Assembly (NCBI RefSeq): GCF_009914755.1
Contig: NC_060947.1
Origin: the human T2T-CHM13v2.0 reference genome, Homo sapiens
Length of the DNA: 64,000 nucleotides
Strand: one strand, 5' to 3'
Shown: piece by piece, positions 26,963-42,655 of the stretch
Layout of the letters: each line of letters starts with the position of its first letter
Position numbering within the stretch: the stretch's first letter is position 1
Made by a program: the position numbers and the translations under genes
The notes under the pieces: generated by a model
Told to the model about the DNA's origin: nothing
Seen by the model: the letters and a program-made list of their open reading frames with translations, nothing else
Databases searched by the model: none

Positions 26963-28809
26963 CTACAAATATTTCATATCACTGATATTTTTGACATATC
27001 TCTGAAGTTTGGTTGGCAGTGAAAAATCACTTGTAGAATTATTTTTATTTACCCTCCTCTCTTATTTCTAAGTGGTGTGTATGGATTCACCTGTAAATTT
27101 TGTTTTTTTGTGTACCAAAATTTGCCCCTCATAACATCTGTTATACGCCATAATTCCCAAATGTGTTCAACAATTAATTTTGCATATGCAGTGATAAGCA
27201 GAAATCCATTGAAATATCTCATTAAAAGCAAAGCCCTTTTCTGAAGGTTCTTTGTGATTCATTTGCCTCCACAGGCTTCTATCTAAAATTGAGTTAAATG
27301 CAATAAATTCATGTAATTTAGAAGAACAAAATGTGGTGAATCTCACGAGGCCTAGGGAATTTGCTAGCCAGGTTCTGACACTTTTGCTGGCACTTCTCCA
27401 GAAGTAAAAATGTTTGGTTGGTCATTAAGACCTTATTTCTCTTCTTCAATTAATATTGAAAAGAGAAATCTAGGAGTTAGTAGCAGGAGCAATAATGCAT
27501 AGCAGTTCAAACAGACCATATCTGAGTGTTTCTTTTTTTCCTCCATTTTCTGCTAAGACTGCTTACAGTATACCAAGGACAACCTTAGAGAAACAAATGC
27601 ACAACACACCCAGACAAGGACATGTACCTCAGAACAACCAGGAAGCAACATATTTGATAAAATTCTGGGCACATTTGAAAGTTTTAAGGCAAAGACATAG
27701 ACCTGGAAGAACAACTTAGAGCAAAGTCCTCTGGCAAAGACCCAGAAAAATAAAACAACCTATTTGGTTGTTAATGGCTGTGAGAGAAGAAACAATAATT
27801 TAGAGAATGAACTGCCCCATGGATTGACAGCTTCCATGAACATCTTATACATTTAATAATTTATGTATGTATCCATGTATAAATTCTATTCACTGAAAGT
27901 ACCTCTTTATACTTTTATATTTTTATTATTATTAAACAGAGGACAAAAATTGTCACAGCCCTGCTTGTTTAAGGCAATTCAAAACCTGTGGTCGAGTGTA
28001 GACAGAAGAAAGAGCCAATATAAAATAACATCCTGTAAATCTAATCACCCATGGCACTGAAGAAGAGTGCACTGAAATAGCTGTTATCTTTCTGTTGTAC
28101 GTTTTTTATGGGTATTGAGTCAGGTGTGTTCAATGTCTCAATTTATCAGACTTCCCAGTGGGATCAAGAACATTAGATTATCAACTTTTTTCTCCTGATT
28201 GATTTAGCATTCTACACACTTTGAATAATTTACGTAAATGTTGTCCATGAGGTCTTCCATCTTTCAATAGAAATGGAGGTCAAATATATAAAATCTCAAG
28301 AAATCTCAAAATGCATACGTTAATAGCAAGGAGTCATAAAGAACAGACATTTTATGTAGGCAAAAGTAGAATTAAAAAAATATATACACATGAAATAGAC
28401 CTAGGGACTTTTCTGAATGATCTGCAAGGTTCAAGGTAGCCATAAAGTCTGAAAATACAGATTGATATTATTTTCCTTTATTTGTTTAACCAATAGAATC
28501 TGCTTGATTACCTCTTCTGGTGTATGTCAATATCACAATTCTTTAGTGAAAAGAAAAGAGACAACTTATACAAGGCAATATATTTTGAATATATGTGCTG
28601 AGATTGATAGAAATACATGGATGCACAGTGTCCATTGCAACTTTACCCAAAACAGTGACCTGGACATTGCTAATAAAGTACACACATTGAACATACAATT
28701 TATTTTTGTGTCATTTAACTTACAATGTAATATCAATAAAATACTTATATATTTTATCTGTTTCCAGATATTATGGTGACAGTGTATATCCAAGTATGTG
28801 TGTTTATCA

Positions 28810-28969
28810 CATTGGGAGATATACCTAATGCTAGATGACGAGTTAGTGGGTGCAGCGCACCAGCATGGCACATGTATACATATGTAACTAACCTGCACAA
28901 TGTGCACATGTACCCTACAACTTAAAGTATAATAAAAAAAAAAAAGAAAAGAAAAAAGAAAAAAAAAAA
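28810..28969 (+). mobile_element. Very short young L1 3' end (L1PA2 / non-Ta L1HS)
   Basis: CATTGGGAGATATACCTAATGCTAGATGACGAGTTAGTGGGTGCAGCGCACCAGC...CACAATGTG followed by a long A tail. It has GAG, not ACA, at the Ta diagnostic position. Confidence 0.9.
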
Positions 28970-29285
28970 GATATAAAAGATTTTTTCCCAAGACTATTAG
29001 ATTTGTCTCCCCTGTAGCTTCAATATATCGCATTCTAATACTTCCGTCTAGTAGAATTTGTTTACATAAAGAGGTTTTGCAACACACACTTCCATATATG
29101 TCAAATCTTTAAAGTTATATTGTAATATTTCTCTTCAATTTATTATTTTTTCTGCCTACTTAAAAGTTTTAAAAATAGAACAAGAAACATTGTAATGTGT
29201 AAGAGAGATACATTTTATTAGGACAAAGGACAAAATTTTAGTAAATTGTCTTTCTAACACACATTTCCCCTCTGTCTCCATCTCT

Positions 29286-29353
29286 ACACACATACATACA
29301 CACACAGACACACACACACGCACACACACAGTCTCTCTCTCGCACACACACAC
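29286..29353. repeat. Imperfect (CA)n/(CT)n microsatellite
   Basis: Seen directly. Confidence 0.9.
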
Positions 29354-30244
29354 AGTTCATTCCAAATCTCTCTATCCACTTCTCAATTACATATGTACAT
29401 TAATAAAATATTAATGAATGTGGTAATATAAGAAATCTGCCTTTCAAACAGTCCACAAACAATACATTGGGCTCCCATTCCATTGTTGAATATGATTTAT
29501 AAATACAGGGGGAAAATATTACTAAGAACAAAGAACTGACCTTGATGATATAATTTCATCTTGAACCATGCTTGATAAATAGCCTTCTTCTGTTGAGTAG
29601 TAAGAGAATACCGTAAATCCTCAAAGCATTTTTCCTCACTTTGATACAGCATGACACATATGCTTTGATATGACTGGGTGAAATATCGGAACTTATATTA
29701 TGCTCAGTAAACCTTTAATCTTACTTGCATAAGATCCTCATCTAAAATACATTTGTGAAATCTTAGGAACTCTAGTGGCTGCAAAGAACTTTGACTCAAC
29801 TTTTGCTTTTTAGAAGCTTCTACTCTTATTAAATATAGATATTATTAAGCATGTATGCCAAACTATCTAAAAAAAAATTTTATCTAAAAAATGCATTTCA
29901 GATAAGTTATATTTAAATTCAGATAATTTACACCCATCTGAAATGTAAGTTTCCACTATTTCACTTTTCTAAGCTGCACGTCAAAATTCCTATTGATATA
30001 TCAAATACATTTCAATTTTGTATTTCTGAGAAAACGTAAGCATATGTAAATATATTTAACCTCTGTTATAAAACCATAAAATAAGCTCAATATAAAATTA
30101 TAAAAATAACCTCAAGATCAGCATGACTAATCTGAAATTTTGAACAAGTGATGACCAGGTAGAATTTCTGCTTGTTGAACTTTGACTAACTCAAGACTAT
30201 ACTAAATCAACCTTATAATGGTCAATTTAATTGGCCTTCATTAA

Positions 30245-30581
<337 letters not shown>

Positions 30582-32210
30582 TGTATCGCTATTTCAGTAT
30601 GAATACACATCAAAACACACTTGCATATGATAAGCCATACTATTCAGAGATATGTGCAATGATCTTTGGAACTCTTTTGAGTCATCATCAAACCTAGATC
30701 TATGCCAGATTATTATCCAAACTAAGATAGTAAGGGTGAATATGTGATTAAATAAGATAGAATAAATAAAATATTTTTATCTGGAGAAACACCAAAACAA
30801 CTTCTTTTCCAAGCTCTGAACAGGTATTTGCCTTGGGAAGAGTCCCTATATAAAATAGATAAAAATTGAGACCTGTAATCAACTAAAACCTGCCTCATCA
30901 ACAATAGCAAATTATAGCAATTAAATATAGTATTAATGGTAGCTTTTGATGTGGTTTCTAAGCTCTGGTTACATAGTTGTCCAGGGATTGACGAGTCTAT
31001 TTCTAGTCAATGCTTTACATTTTTACTAGAACGTAAGAGGAGTAACTGCACTCTTTTTGAAAAGATTATCTATGAGTTAGAAGTTTTCAATTATTAATTC
31101 ATCATAAAAAACCTTACAGGCTGCATTTTTTAAAAATTTTATCTGATATAGCTTGTATTTGAATCAATTAGACAGAAGACATCTAACTGCTGATTCTTTT
31201 GGTTGTTTTTTACTTTCTAATGTCAGGTATAATTACACGTTAAAATGCCAAAACTCATTGATGGTACGGTTTAGACAAAAATAAAAATTTAACAAAAGGA
31301 TAAAGAAGCTCTGTTATGGGCATTGCAATTTTCCAAATCAAAACAGTCTGTAAACAAATATCAGTAGGGAAATAATCATAACTAGCAGATGTATGAAGAG
31401 ATTCAACCTCTAGTTCTTAAATTATAGCTGCTTCCAGATTAAAGCAACACTACTGATGGAGCAGTGTGCTTGATATCCTCTGGCAACATCCTTTTTTATT
31501 GCAGTAGAAACCAATGTTGAATTTCCTGAATAATTACATAAATAAACCATGCATTTCACTTATTTGTGTGCCCATATTTAATAATGTATTGTGCATGTAA
31601 CTTTCAGGAACATGATTTATGGCATTTTATATTGCCACAGAGGGGTGTTTACTTGAAATATGTACTTGAAAATATCATATAAAATTATGTTATTTGATAT
31701 ATATTCAGAAATAATCTGATTTTTCAAGAAAATGTAAGCTGAAAAACCTACCTGCAATTAAATCATTCTGAGAGTGTTCTTAATTGAATTCTCAAGTTTA
31801 AATGATGTAACAGACTAATGAACATAAACATATAAATTATATTTATTTTATCCTATGTTAAGATGCTAGAGATTCAAACAGTTCTGTGGGTTGACTGGTA
31901 CTACATTCAAAAGGGTATAAAGCAAATCCATATCTTGAAAGTCTAAAACTTTTAGTATATGTGAATGAATTGTTAAAGCAAATTTTGAAGGCCAGCAACC
32001 ATAAATTTAACTTTATGCTTCCTTTTTGACTATTTAATTTAGTTTGATCCAACTTAAAAATAAAGGACTTCTTAAAGTTAAAAAATATAGTCACATTCTC
32101 ATGGCTGCTCCATAAGTATATATATGACAACATTAGGCAGAAAGAAATCTTTCTAGACTACCATATACTAATTTAGAAAGGTACTACATCCTGGTTCTAA
32201 ACATGTTTCA

Positions 32211-32524
32211 GACCAGGCATGGTGGCTTACACCTATAATACCAACACTTTGGGAGACCAAGGCGGGAGGATCACTTGAGCCTAAAAGTTCAAGACTAGCA
32301 CTAGGCAAAATGGCAAAACCCCATCTATACATACATACATATATATATACACATACATACATACATAGCTGAGCATGGTAGAAAATACCTGTAGTTCCAG
32401 CTATTCTGGAGGCCGAGGTCAGAAGATTGCTTGAACCTGTGAGGTTGAGGCTGTGGTGAACCATGATTGTGCCACTCTACTCCAGCCTGAGCAACAGAGC
32501 AAGACCCTGTCTCTTAAAAATTAT
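32211..32524 (+). mobile_element. AluJ with (TACA)n in the central linker
   Basis: J features GGAGGATCACTTGAGCC and GAGGCTGTGGTGAACCATGATTG. TSD AAACATGTTTCA / AAACATATTTCA. Confidence 0.9.
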
Positions 32525-32813
32525 AAAACATATTTCAACTTTCTTCTTAGTAGATATTCCTAGAGAAGGAATTCAGTGTGATGTAGAAACACCTCAGATT
32601 CTATGCATCAGATTAAATGATTGAAATACTATTGAATGGTTTATTGAATGGTTTAACTGTAGGCAACTAGTAATCATATTAATTCACTTCAATATTACTT
32701 CTTTCTACTCTTATTTACCCCACTGACACATTCCTTTGGCACTTGTTCTGTGTTCCCTACGGTCCTCCATTTCGACGCTGAAAACCTCATTAAATATTTA
32801 ACATCTTTATTAA

Positions 32814-33104
<291 letters not shown>

Positions 33105-33279
33105 TATTAAACCTTTTTAAACCTCTCTGACTTCATTAAATTTTTGCTCTCTATTGACATTGCTACTTTGGCTACAAATGCAAAAAAGACTGATTACTGC
33201 ATATACTAGAACAAACAGGAGAAACTGGCATTCTCTTTCTTTCCCCTGCTACCTCCAGACCAAAGTTCTGGACACTTCA

Positions 33280-34090
33280 GTCTCTTAAAAGATAATTCTT
33301 GCCCTCCTATACTCCTGAAAGTCCTTCCTGAAATGAGAGATATAGTGGAATTCAATGGCTGCATCCTGGCACATATTCTTTTGATCTCTTTGCAGTACTT
33401 AGTATTATTAACTTCTCTCCCCTTTGGCTATTTTTTTTTTTTTTTTGAGACAGAGTCTCACTCTGTCACCCAGGCTGGAGTACAGTGGCACAATCTAGGC
33501 TGATTGCAACTTCCGCCTCCCAGATTCAAGTGATTCTCCTGCCTCAGCCTCTTAAGTAGCTGGTATTACATGTGCACACCACCACACCCGGCTTATTTTT
33601 GTATTTTTAGTAGAGACAGCGTTTCACAATGTTGGCCAGGCTGGTATCGAACTCCTGACCTCATGATCTGCCAACCTCAGCCTCCAGAAGTGCTAGGATT
33701 ACAGGCGTGAGTGACCGCACCAGTCTCCTTTCGCTATTTTTATCCTTTAGTACATCCATTTGGTTTTCTTTGCCCCTATTTGGTTCCTTCTTTGTCTCAG
33801 TCATGGATTCCTCCATACTTTCTCCTACTTAAAATATTGTGATCTCCAAGATTCAGCTCTCTTTCTCTTATTTTTTAATGAGCTCACTCAGTTCCAACAT
33901 TGTCACACTTATAAATGATAAATGTACTCTAGATCTTTATTTCAAACTGCCTCCTTAAACTTTTATGTGGATGTTTCAGAAAACCTCAAACTTAACCCAC
34001 GTCAACCCAAGGTAAGCTATTGAACCCCTGTTTTGTGTCTTACTCCTGACATGCATTTCTCAATTAATGGCTTCTCCATTCTTCTAGGAA
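33280..34090 (+). mobile_element. L2 relic interrupted by an Alu
   Basis: Pyrimidine-rich, with TGGATGTTTCAGAAAACCTCAAACTTAAC resembling L2. Boundaries are approximate. Confidence 0.5.
33431..33724 (-). mobile_element. AluS (Sg/Sx-like)
   Basis: Full dimer with T tail. TSD CTCCCTTTTGGCTATTTT / CTCCTTTCGCTATTTT. Confidence 0.92.
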
Positions 34091-34209
34091 TTGTGGTTCA
34101 CTATTAGTAACCCAACAAACCTTTCTCTGGAAGGTACCTGGAAGAAGGAAGATAATAAAAGCATGAAGAAAAACATAAATAGGCCACATCATTAAAAAAG
34201 TTAAAAATT

Positions 34210-34440
34210 ATGAGAACTCATGGACGCAAGGAGGGGAACATCACACGCTGGGGCCTGTCGTGGGGTGGGGGGCAAGGGGAGGGAGAGCATTAGGACAAAA
34301 ACCTAATGCGTGTGGGGCTTAAAACCTAGATGATGGGTTGATAGGTGCAGCAAACCACCATTGCACATGTATACCTATGTAACAAACCTGCACATTCTGG
34401 ACATGTATCCCAGAACTTAAAGTAAATTTTTTTAAAAAGC
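34210..34440 (+). mobile_element. 5'-truncated L1PA7/8 3' end
   Basis: GGGGCTTAAAACCTAGATGATGGGTTGATAGGTGCAGCAAACCACC. TSD CATTAAAAA(A)GTTA[A/C]AAATTA. Confidence 0.88.
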
Positions 34441-34809
34441 ACATTAAAAAGTTACAAATTACCACAATAGCTTATTGTGCCTTTCATTATCAAAGCTACC
34501 AAATTTTCATGTAATTATTTGTTGAGAAAACTTTCCACCTCACCTTACCCCCAGCTCTTGAAGGCAGTGACCATATCTTAATTCTTTTTGTAATCCAACA
34601 ACCAAGTCTTTAGTTTTCTCATCTATTAAATGCAAACTATATGTATCCCTACTGTATAGCCACAGATTACTGAAAACAAACTACATAAGTGATAGAAAGT
34701 ATCTTTGAAAACTATAGTGCGTTTCACATAAATAAAACATCATATTTGAATAATTTATTAACTTATATTTTGTGAATACCTATTATGTACAAGTTAGTAG
34801 GCCAGGGAG

Positions 34810-35005
34810 GTAGAGCATTATGCCAGTCAACAGTGCGGTTTCTATAGCCAGAATGCCTAAGTTCTAACCCATTTCTATTTCCTAACAGTTGTGTTACATT
34901 GAGCAAGTTACTCCTCTCTGCTTTGGTTTTTGCATTTATTAAATGGAGCTACTAATGTTGACTGTCTCATCAGATCATTATAAGGATTAAATAAGTCAAT
35001 ACATA
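34810..35005 (+). mobile_element. MIR
   Basis: MIR core GTGTTACATTGAGCAAGTTACT.CCTCTCTG...CATTTATTAAATGGAG...TAAGGATTAAATAAG. Confidence 0.7.
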
Positions 35006-35932
35006 TATTAATAATTATATTATCAGCTGGGTTTGTTGTATTCCTCATTCTCAAAACTCAATTCTGACCTGAAAGCAACAGACTCACCAAGTTTAAGACT
35101 CTTTCACATTTCTCAATCCAGGTGTGTTCTAATTCTAAAAAAAAGATTCATTTTAAATGTAATATCTTTATTGATGCAAAAAGACAAGTCTGTTTATTTC
35201 AATTTTATTCCAAGAAGGGCTGTGCTGAAAGTGTCCATCTAACTAGGAGAGACCATCAATTGTTAATTCACAGTGAATGACTAGTTCATAGCAACTAAAC
35301 TGAACATAAGAATAGACAAAAAAAACAAATTGTTAATTTAATTTATATTTAGATTAGTACAGCCTGGTCTTAAAGGTCTGACAGGCAATTTCTCTTTTAG
35401 GTGACTTTGCTTATCTTTGTTCTGATCCATTAGTTGCTGATTTTGCAGTTTAACTCTCCAAGGGAACTGTATTTACCTTATCTCTTGACGACTAAGCTCT
35501 GATTTTTTATCTTACCCAAATTCCTACCTAAGGGGTATAGGGAGTCATGCCCTACAAACCATAAATTCTCATCAGATGGGTTTTATTTGACTCTATATAT
35601 TGTGACTTACTTTTCAATCTGACTCTGGCATAACATTACAGACAAGGAAAAATGTTTTACCCCAAAATATACTTCCTTGCCATACCTTGAAATTGCCCTG
35701 CAAAGTCTCTTGTGGGAATAATCTGCATTCTATAGAGAATCCCTTCCCCTTTCATTTTCCTTCCTTTCTTTCCAGATTCAGGAAATAATCAACTAAGAGC
35801 CAGGTACCCTTTTAAGTCCAATAAGAAAGAATTTACAACCTGCTGTCTCTGAAGTCTGCTATCTGAGAGCTTCCTCTGCACAATAAAACTTAGTCTTCAC
35901 AATCCTTTACCTTAACCTCAACATTCCTTTCC

Positions 35933-36834
<902 letters not shown>

Positions 36835-39207
36835 AGCCCCAGCTTTGAGTTGTCCCACCTTTCTGAACCAAACCAATGTATTTCTTAAATGTATTTCATT
36901 GATGTCTCATGCCTCCCTAAAATATATAAAACCAAGCTGTACCCCAACCACCTTGGGTACATATTCTCAGGACCTCCTGAGGGCTGTGTCATGGGCCTGG
37001 TCACTCATATTTGGCTCAGAATAAATCTCTTCAAATATGTTACAGAGTTTGACTCTTTTCATCAACACTCCACATTTTTAAATGGCAAAGCATTGAAGGC
37101 TCTAAGTATACAAACAATACCCTATTTAAACTGTTATCAAAAACATAGACATACCCAGTAAATGAGGTAGGAGTCATTTAAATGCAATTGTTATGCAGTT
37201 TATGGCAGCTTTGTTCTCTTCTTTTATGAAGATTCTAATGGTTTTTGCCTTTTTTTTTTTCTCATCCATTCCCTCCTGCCTCCATAGGTCATGATAACAT
37301 TGGAAAGACAAAGTTAAACTACGATGGCTCAGGGTAGGGGGAGAGAGATGGTTGTAATGATGTTCTTTTCATATTTTATGTCAACTGTTTCCTGTGTCCA
37401 GGAAAAAAAATATGATTTAATTTTAATTTGAACTTTAGCACCTGTTTTCAAATGAGTTCACCTGTCTTCAAATGACTTCTCTCAGCAAAACACAAGAAAC
37501 TAACACAAAATTCAAACACTTTGCTTGCTTTCGAGTTGTTTATAAAGATTTTTCAGTGAAACTAAAATGATTTCTTATCTTTTGTGAAAACTTTATTAAT
37601 ATTTAGGTTTAAGCCTCCCAAGAAGGTTCCAACAACACTTTGGTACCAGACACAACTGGTTTTAATTACTAACCTCACTTACTTTAAATTAGGATGGCAA
37701 TAATCTGCAAATGCTAATTTAAACCTGGACTTGCTTCTGAGCAGCCTGCATGTAATAATGAACAAGCAGCAGATTATACTCAGAAGGGCAATATACTGTA
37801 CCACAAATCACAAGTTGCATTTCCTCCTTTTTTTTTGAGTGCAAAATGTGATTCCAAAAAAGATGTTATTAAGCTATAACGCCTTAGTCATTTTCAAGCT
37901 CTAGGCACTTAAAGTGCTGAATTTTAGATTACTTTTTTATATTCTGCCTGTGCCTAGTTTCCTAACTGTATGTAAAGTTATTAAAGCTGTCTGTTCCAAT
38001 TTCTTCTCTACTTAGGAAGGGATGACAAAAAGATGAAAGAGACTACTTTTAATCTCAAAAGCTAAACTCAATGCAGAAATGAAACAGGAAAATACATAAA
38101 GACAATAAGAGTACTTTTCTAAAGGTGGTTTATGATCACTGAGTGGTCACTAAAAAAACACTAAGCTGGAAGTATGTGACAACCTAATAGTCCTGAGGCT
38201 CAATTTCCTCTCTAGATAGTTGATGCCTTTTTTTTTTTTTTTTTTTTTTGGTAAGCTAAATAATTGAAATTCCACTTGCAATACAATGATTTGCTTTACA
38301 TGGGGATGGGGGAGGGTGAGGACATTTGTTCCGTAAACTGCCTAAGGAGAAAAAAAAACATATTAAGGCTTCAGTGTCAATTAGATTCAGCAATACCTTT
38401 TTCAAAAAGTACTCTTAAAGTCTTTCTCAAAACCAAAAGAGAAATTGGTAGTATTATTTTTTCTAATATAAAGGTTGAAAATAAAAATGGGTTCAAAGGT
38501 CTAACGGAATAACGATCTTTCTAATTGCTTGACATCCAAATAGAGGTATGGATTTTCAAGGATTTGTATTTAGTTGCTTTAACACTTTTTAGGATTTATA
38601 TCTATGTACTGGGTTTTTCAACTTCTGAGATTTCTAGAGCTGGAAGCATTTGAAGTCACATGGGTCTTAGATCATAAGTTCTTGCCTTATGTTGAGGCTT
38701 TCATTATGCAATTGTATTCTCTCAGAAGTCCAGTCTTTCATTAATTTCTTCCTCATTTCTATCTGAACCAAACTCTGCCTATTTACCAAAACAAGAAACC
38801 TAGAATCAGCTTGGAAACTAAAATCTCTTCTCCCAACATCTAGTCAGTTAGAAAGTCCTGTCAAAAATTACTCCTCTAACTTTTTTCTTTTCCACTGTTC
38901 AAGTGTTGGCTCTTATTATTTCCACCTAAATTATCAAAAATTATCTTTACTGGTCTTGTTGGATTTCCATCCTTTTCTTTCAGCTATTAATAAATATAGC
39001 TATTTTGTTATAATATTATTTATAATAGTTGGCAGATTGCTCTTTCTATAACAGATTAGATAGTTTTATCCTATGGCAAGGGTAAGCAAACTGCAGCTTG
39101 CAAATGAAGAGTGGCATAAAATTATTAATGGTTGCCTATAACATAAAAGACAAAATGTATATATTTTTAGAATAACATACAAAATACTTGGTGATAAACT
39201 CTTACCT

Positions 39208-39338
39208 ACTTTCTTTGTGTTGCTATAAAAATACTTAAGGTTGGGTAATTTATAAAGAAAAGAGGTTTGTTTGGATCATGGTTCTGCAAACTGTACAAGA
39301 AGTATGGTGTCATCAACTGCTTTTGATGAGGGTCTCAG
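39208..39338 (-). mobile_element. MST (MaLR) LTR fragment
   Basis: GCTATAAAAATACTTAAGGTTGGGTAATTTATAAAGAAAAGAGG...GGTTCTGCAAACTGTACAAGAAG. Confidence 0.8.
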
Positions 39339-42300
39339 TGATGACCAGATGTGGGGCTTGAGGAAGGGTCAGTACCATACAAATACAAAAATCTTTTTTC
39401 CTTTCACTTCTGAGCCTTTTTCTCCTTGGACTTCTTCTGAGGGTAGAGGAAACTGTGCACCACCCCAGCCCAACAAATGAAGGAATGCAGGATGGACGGG
39501 TGAATGGAGGCTTCCCTGCTCCCCTCCCAGCCAGGGCTGGGATGCATGCTCCAAGGGTGCGCAAGGGCAGGCTGGCCAGCACTCCCCACCACATTTTCAT
39601 TGAGCCTTCCCCTCTCCAAGTCAAGGAGTCCCACTCCATGAGACAGCAATTAAATTTCTCTCCCTGGTGGAGGAACCCATTTACATAAAAATGAGAGGTT
39701 CTTCCCAATGCATCTTTCTTTTCTCCACCCCATCAGCGGTTAACACAGCCCTGCATTTAAGTTATTTTTCCTTTTCTCCACCAGGTCAGCAGTTGACTTT
39801 TAAGTGAGGATTACTTTCCTTTTGGAAGATGTATTGCTGGGCCAGAAATTATGGGGATCAGTGTTTATATTCTCTGTAGAGTTTTAATTGTAAAAAAAGA
39901 TTTGTGAGGTTCATCTTAAGCTGTAGCCAATCTGGAATGCTTTGCATGACTTTCTGTATGGCCAGTAGCAAACTTTGCTGCAGGCCTCCATCTTGTTTCA
40001 TGTCCTTGGGAGCAAGACTGACTTGTAACCAAGTGGCAATGTTTTGTTCTAGCCTCTGCCATTTTACAATGGTGGTCTGGGGTTCAATCCTGGCTTAGGA
40101 AATGAGTGCTTTCCATTTTGATATCTGTGCAACCTTTGCTATCTGTTGATTCTCTTCCCCTCCATGAACCGCCTTGAATTTTCCTTTCTCTGGCCCTTTG
40201 GTAAAGTTTGAAAGCCAGAAATATTGGCCACTTGGCACGGCTAAAGATGGGAAATAAGGGAGTTAAAAGAACTTTCATAAAGAGTGCTCAGCTTAATTAA
40301 AAGTGGATATCCAAGTTATAGTATATTTAAAAGACCTTTATGTTTTTCTTTTCTTGGATCTTGTTTTGCTGGAAAGAGGATTTTTCTCAATTGACTGAAT
40401 CATTTTTCTCCATTTTGCCTTGCCACTCTCAATGCACTCATGAGAGGGGAGAATCCTCTGTTTTCTTCATGGAACCCCAGGAAATAAAAGTGGATAGATC
40501 CCTCTCAAAATCTGTTTTTGCCTCCCAGTCATGCCTATTTATTAGGCCTTATAAGCTGCATGTTTTCCTAGCTCTGTTTCACAGTGGGATCCACCCAGAG
40601 GCCAATAATTCAAATAGGATATTAGCAAATGAAAGATATTATGAGGACTGGGTTTTCTTCTGCCTGTGTAGTTACATATATGTTGTGCGTGATAGCTATT
40701 AAAAGAGCTCTAATTAATTGGCCTAAAGGAAGACAAGCACTTGGATCAAATGTTTTTTAAAGGGAAGATAAAAGCTCTGGTAACTTTTAATTCATGTGAC
40801 TTTAATCTTAAAACAGCCTTAAAAATTATCAGTAAAAATTATTGGTAAAATATTGGTAAATAAAAACAGCCTTAAAATTATTGTTAAAATGCAGATGTCA
40901 TCAAAATATAAATACGTGGACTAAATTATTATGCATGTCAGGTACTAGGTTTGCTAAATGTTTTAAGGTAATAAAGTGCCTTTCTGGTTTTTGAGAACTT
41001 TTCAACTTGCCGGCCTCACAATTTGTGAGGCCTGGGGAAATATGTAATTAGCCATCCCCTTAATTAATGCTGGAAGAAGTCAAACCTCGGCTGCACCTAG
41101 CACATAATTAAAACAACTTACCAAGTTTTACATTAAAATTAAAAATTGCTAGGAGTTACCATTTTAATAGGTAACTGAAACTATTGGAAGGAGATTTACA
41201 TCCAAGATGTATAAGAAAAGTAATTTTTTTTTGTAAAAGATTATAAAAATGTAAATTCTTGCATGGGGTTAAAAATTGTTTTAAATTAGATAGGATAAAG
41301 TTAAAAGTTCAAACAAGTAGTGGAAGGATTGTAAAAATTAGTCTTGCAAAAATTCCATGTGTGAACATATAGACTAAATTCAAAAGGGTATTATATGGTT
41401 TTTCAGTAAATCGAGCGCAAAACAAGGTACTTTTAAGTCACTAATCTGCTCTTTGGCAAAATTTGTAAAGGACTATAAAAGGTTTTTGCTATTTAAAAAT
41501 TTCTGACTCATCATTTTGGCAAAATAAATAATTTATTATAGTCTGGAATTCTATTTCATAACATCAAGTGTTTTAAATCTCTAACACTTAACAGGCTTCC
41601 CAAAATCAAACTTCAGCTTCAAAATTGTCTTTCCTGATGCCTGGCTTTTAGATGCTTCAGAGGGCCCCTGAAGTATCAAAAAGAGAGGTAAACAGGATTA
41701 TTTGACATATTTAGGTATGCGAGATTGCCAAAATGGTGTTCAATCTTCTTTAGGTTATATTTTGGTGAATAATACTAATATATGTTCGAAAATTGTATGG
41801 TATTTCTAAAATTCTAATGTCTTAGTATATGCTATCAATCATAATTAAGGTTGTTAAGTTATTGTAAACCATGGAGATAACCAAACTTCTTTGTCAATTG
41901 TGTTTCTAATTACAAGTACCCTAGACATTTTGTTATTCACAGGCAATTGTTGTTTTGTTTTAATCCTTTTCATAAGATTATTTATAATAAGCTATAGAAC
42001 TTTGACAAGTGCTCCCAAATGCAGGTTTCTGATAACTTTGGAGATTGTAACATTGGAATAAAAGAAAAATGTACAGGACTCATGAAGAGCTAAAATGTCC
42101 AAGAATATCAAACAAAAGAAGAGTTAACTAAATGGGCTGAACTCATAGAAAACTGAAGCAATCTGTTTTACTTTTGGTTGGAATATTGCTGATCCTTGTT
42201 TTGATTTTCAGAGTCAAGGAAACTTATTTTGAATTATTTATGGCCTTTAATAATTGAGTAAGGTATACTCCTGTGAACAAAATTTGGAGCATATTTCTCT

Positions 42301-42655
42301 CTATTTTTCTCTCTCTCTTCCTGGATTCTCCAGAATTTGAAAACTAGTTGTAAGTATTATTAACTTATGGCAATATAGTTGTTTACATCAGTGCAAGAAA
42401 ACTCCATTTTCTTTTGCAACAAGACACAATTGGAGAAACTTGTTTTTTTATCAAGGCTTTGACTGGAAGGATATGTATCCCTCTAAGGAGACGAGCTTGA
42501 CTTGCAGAGCTGATAAAATCCCCTTGGGAAGACTTGCATTATACCTTTGTCTATGCAGTCCCTGTACAAGATTCCTGACCTGTGGTAAGTAAAGAACATC
42601 ACTTTCTGACAGACCCAAGATCTCCAAGTTTATCTTGGTACCTTAAGAGGAGAGA
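39339..42655 (+). mobile_element. MER4-group ERV1 internal (non-autonomous, non-coding) segment without LTRs
   Basis: Shares blocks with 59577-64000, e.g. TATACTCCT[G/A]TGAACAAAATTTGGAGCATATTT and GCAGGTTTCTGATAACTTT.GAGAT. Confidence 0.75.

Noticed and set aside
37439-37478. 20-bp tandem duplication CACCTGT[T/C]TTCAAATGA[G/C]TT; similar short duplications at about 40810-40890
   Set aside because: Common slippage-type microduplications with no further structure.
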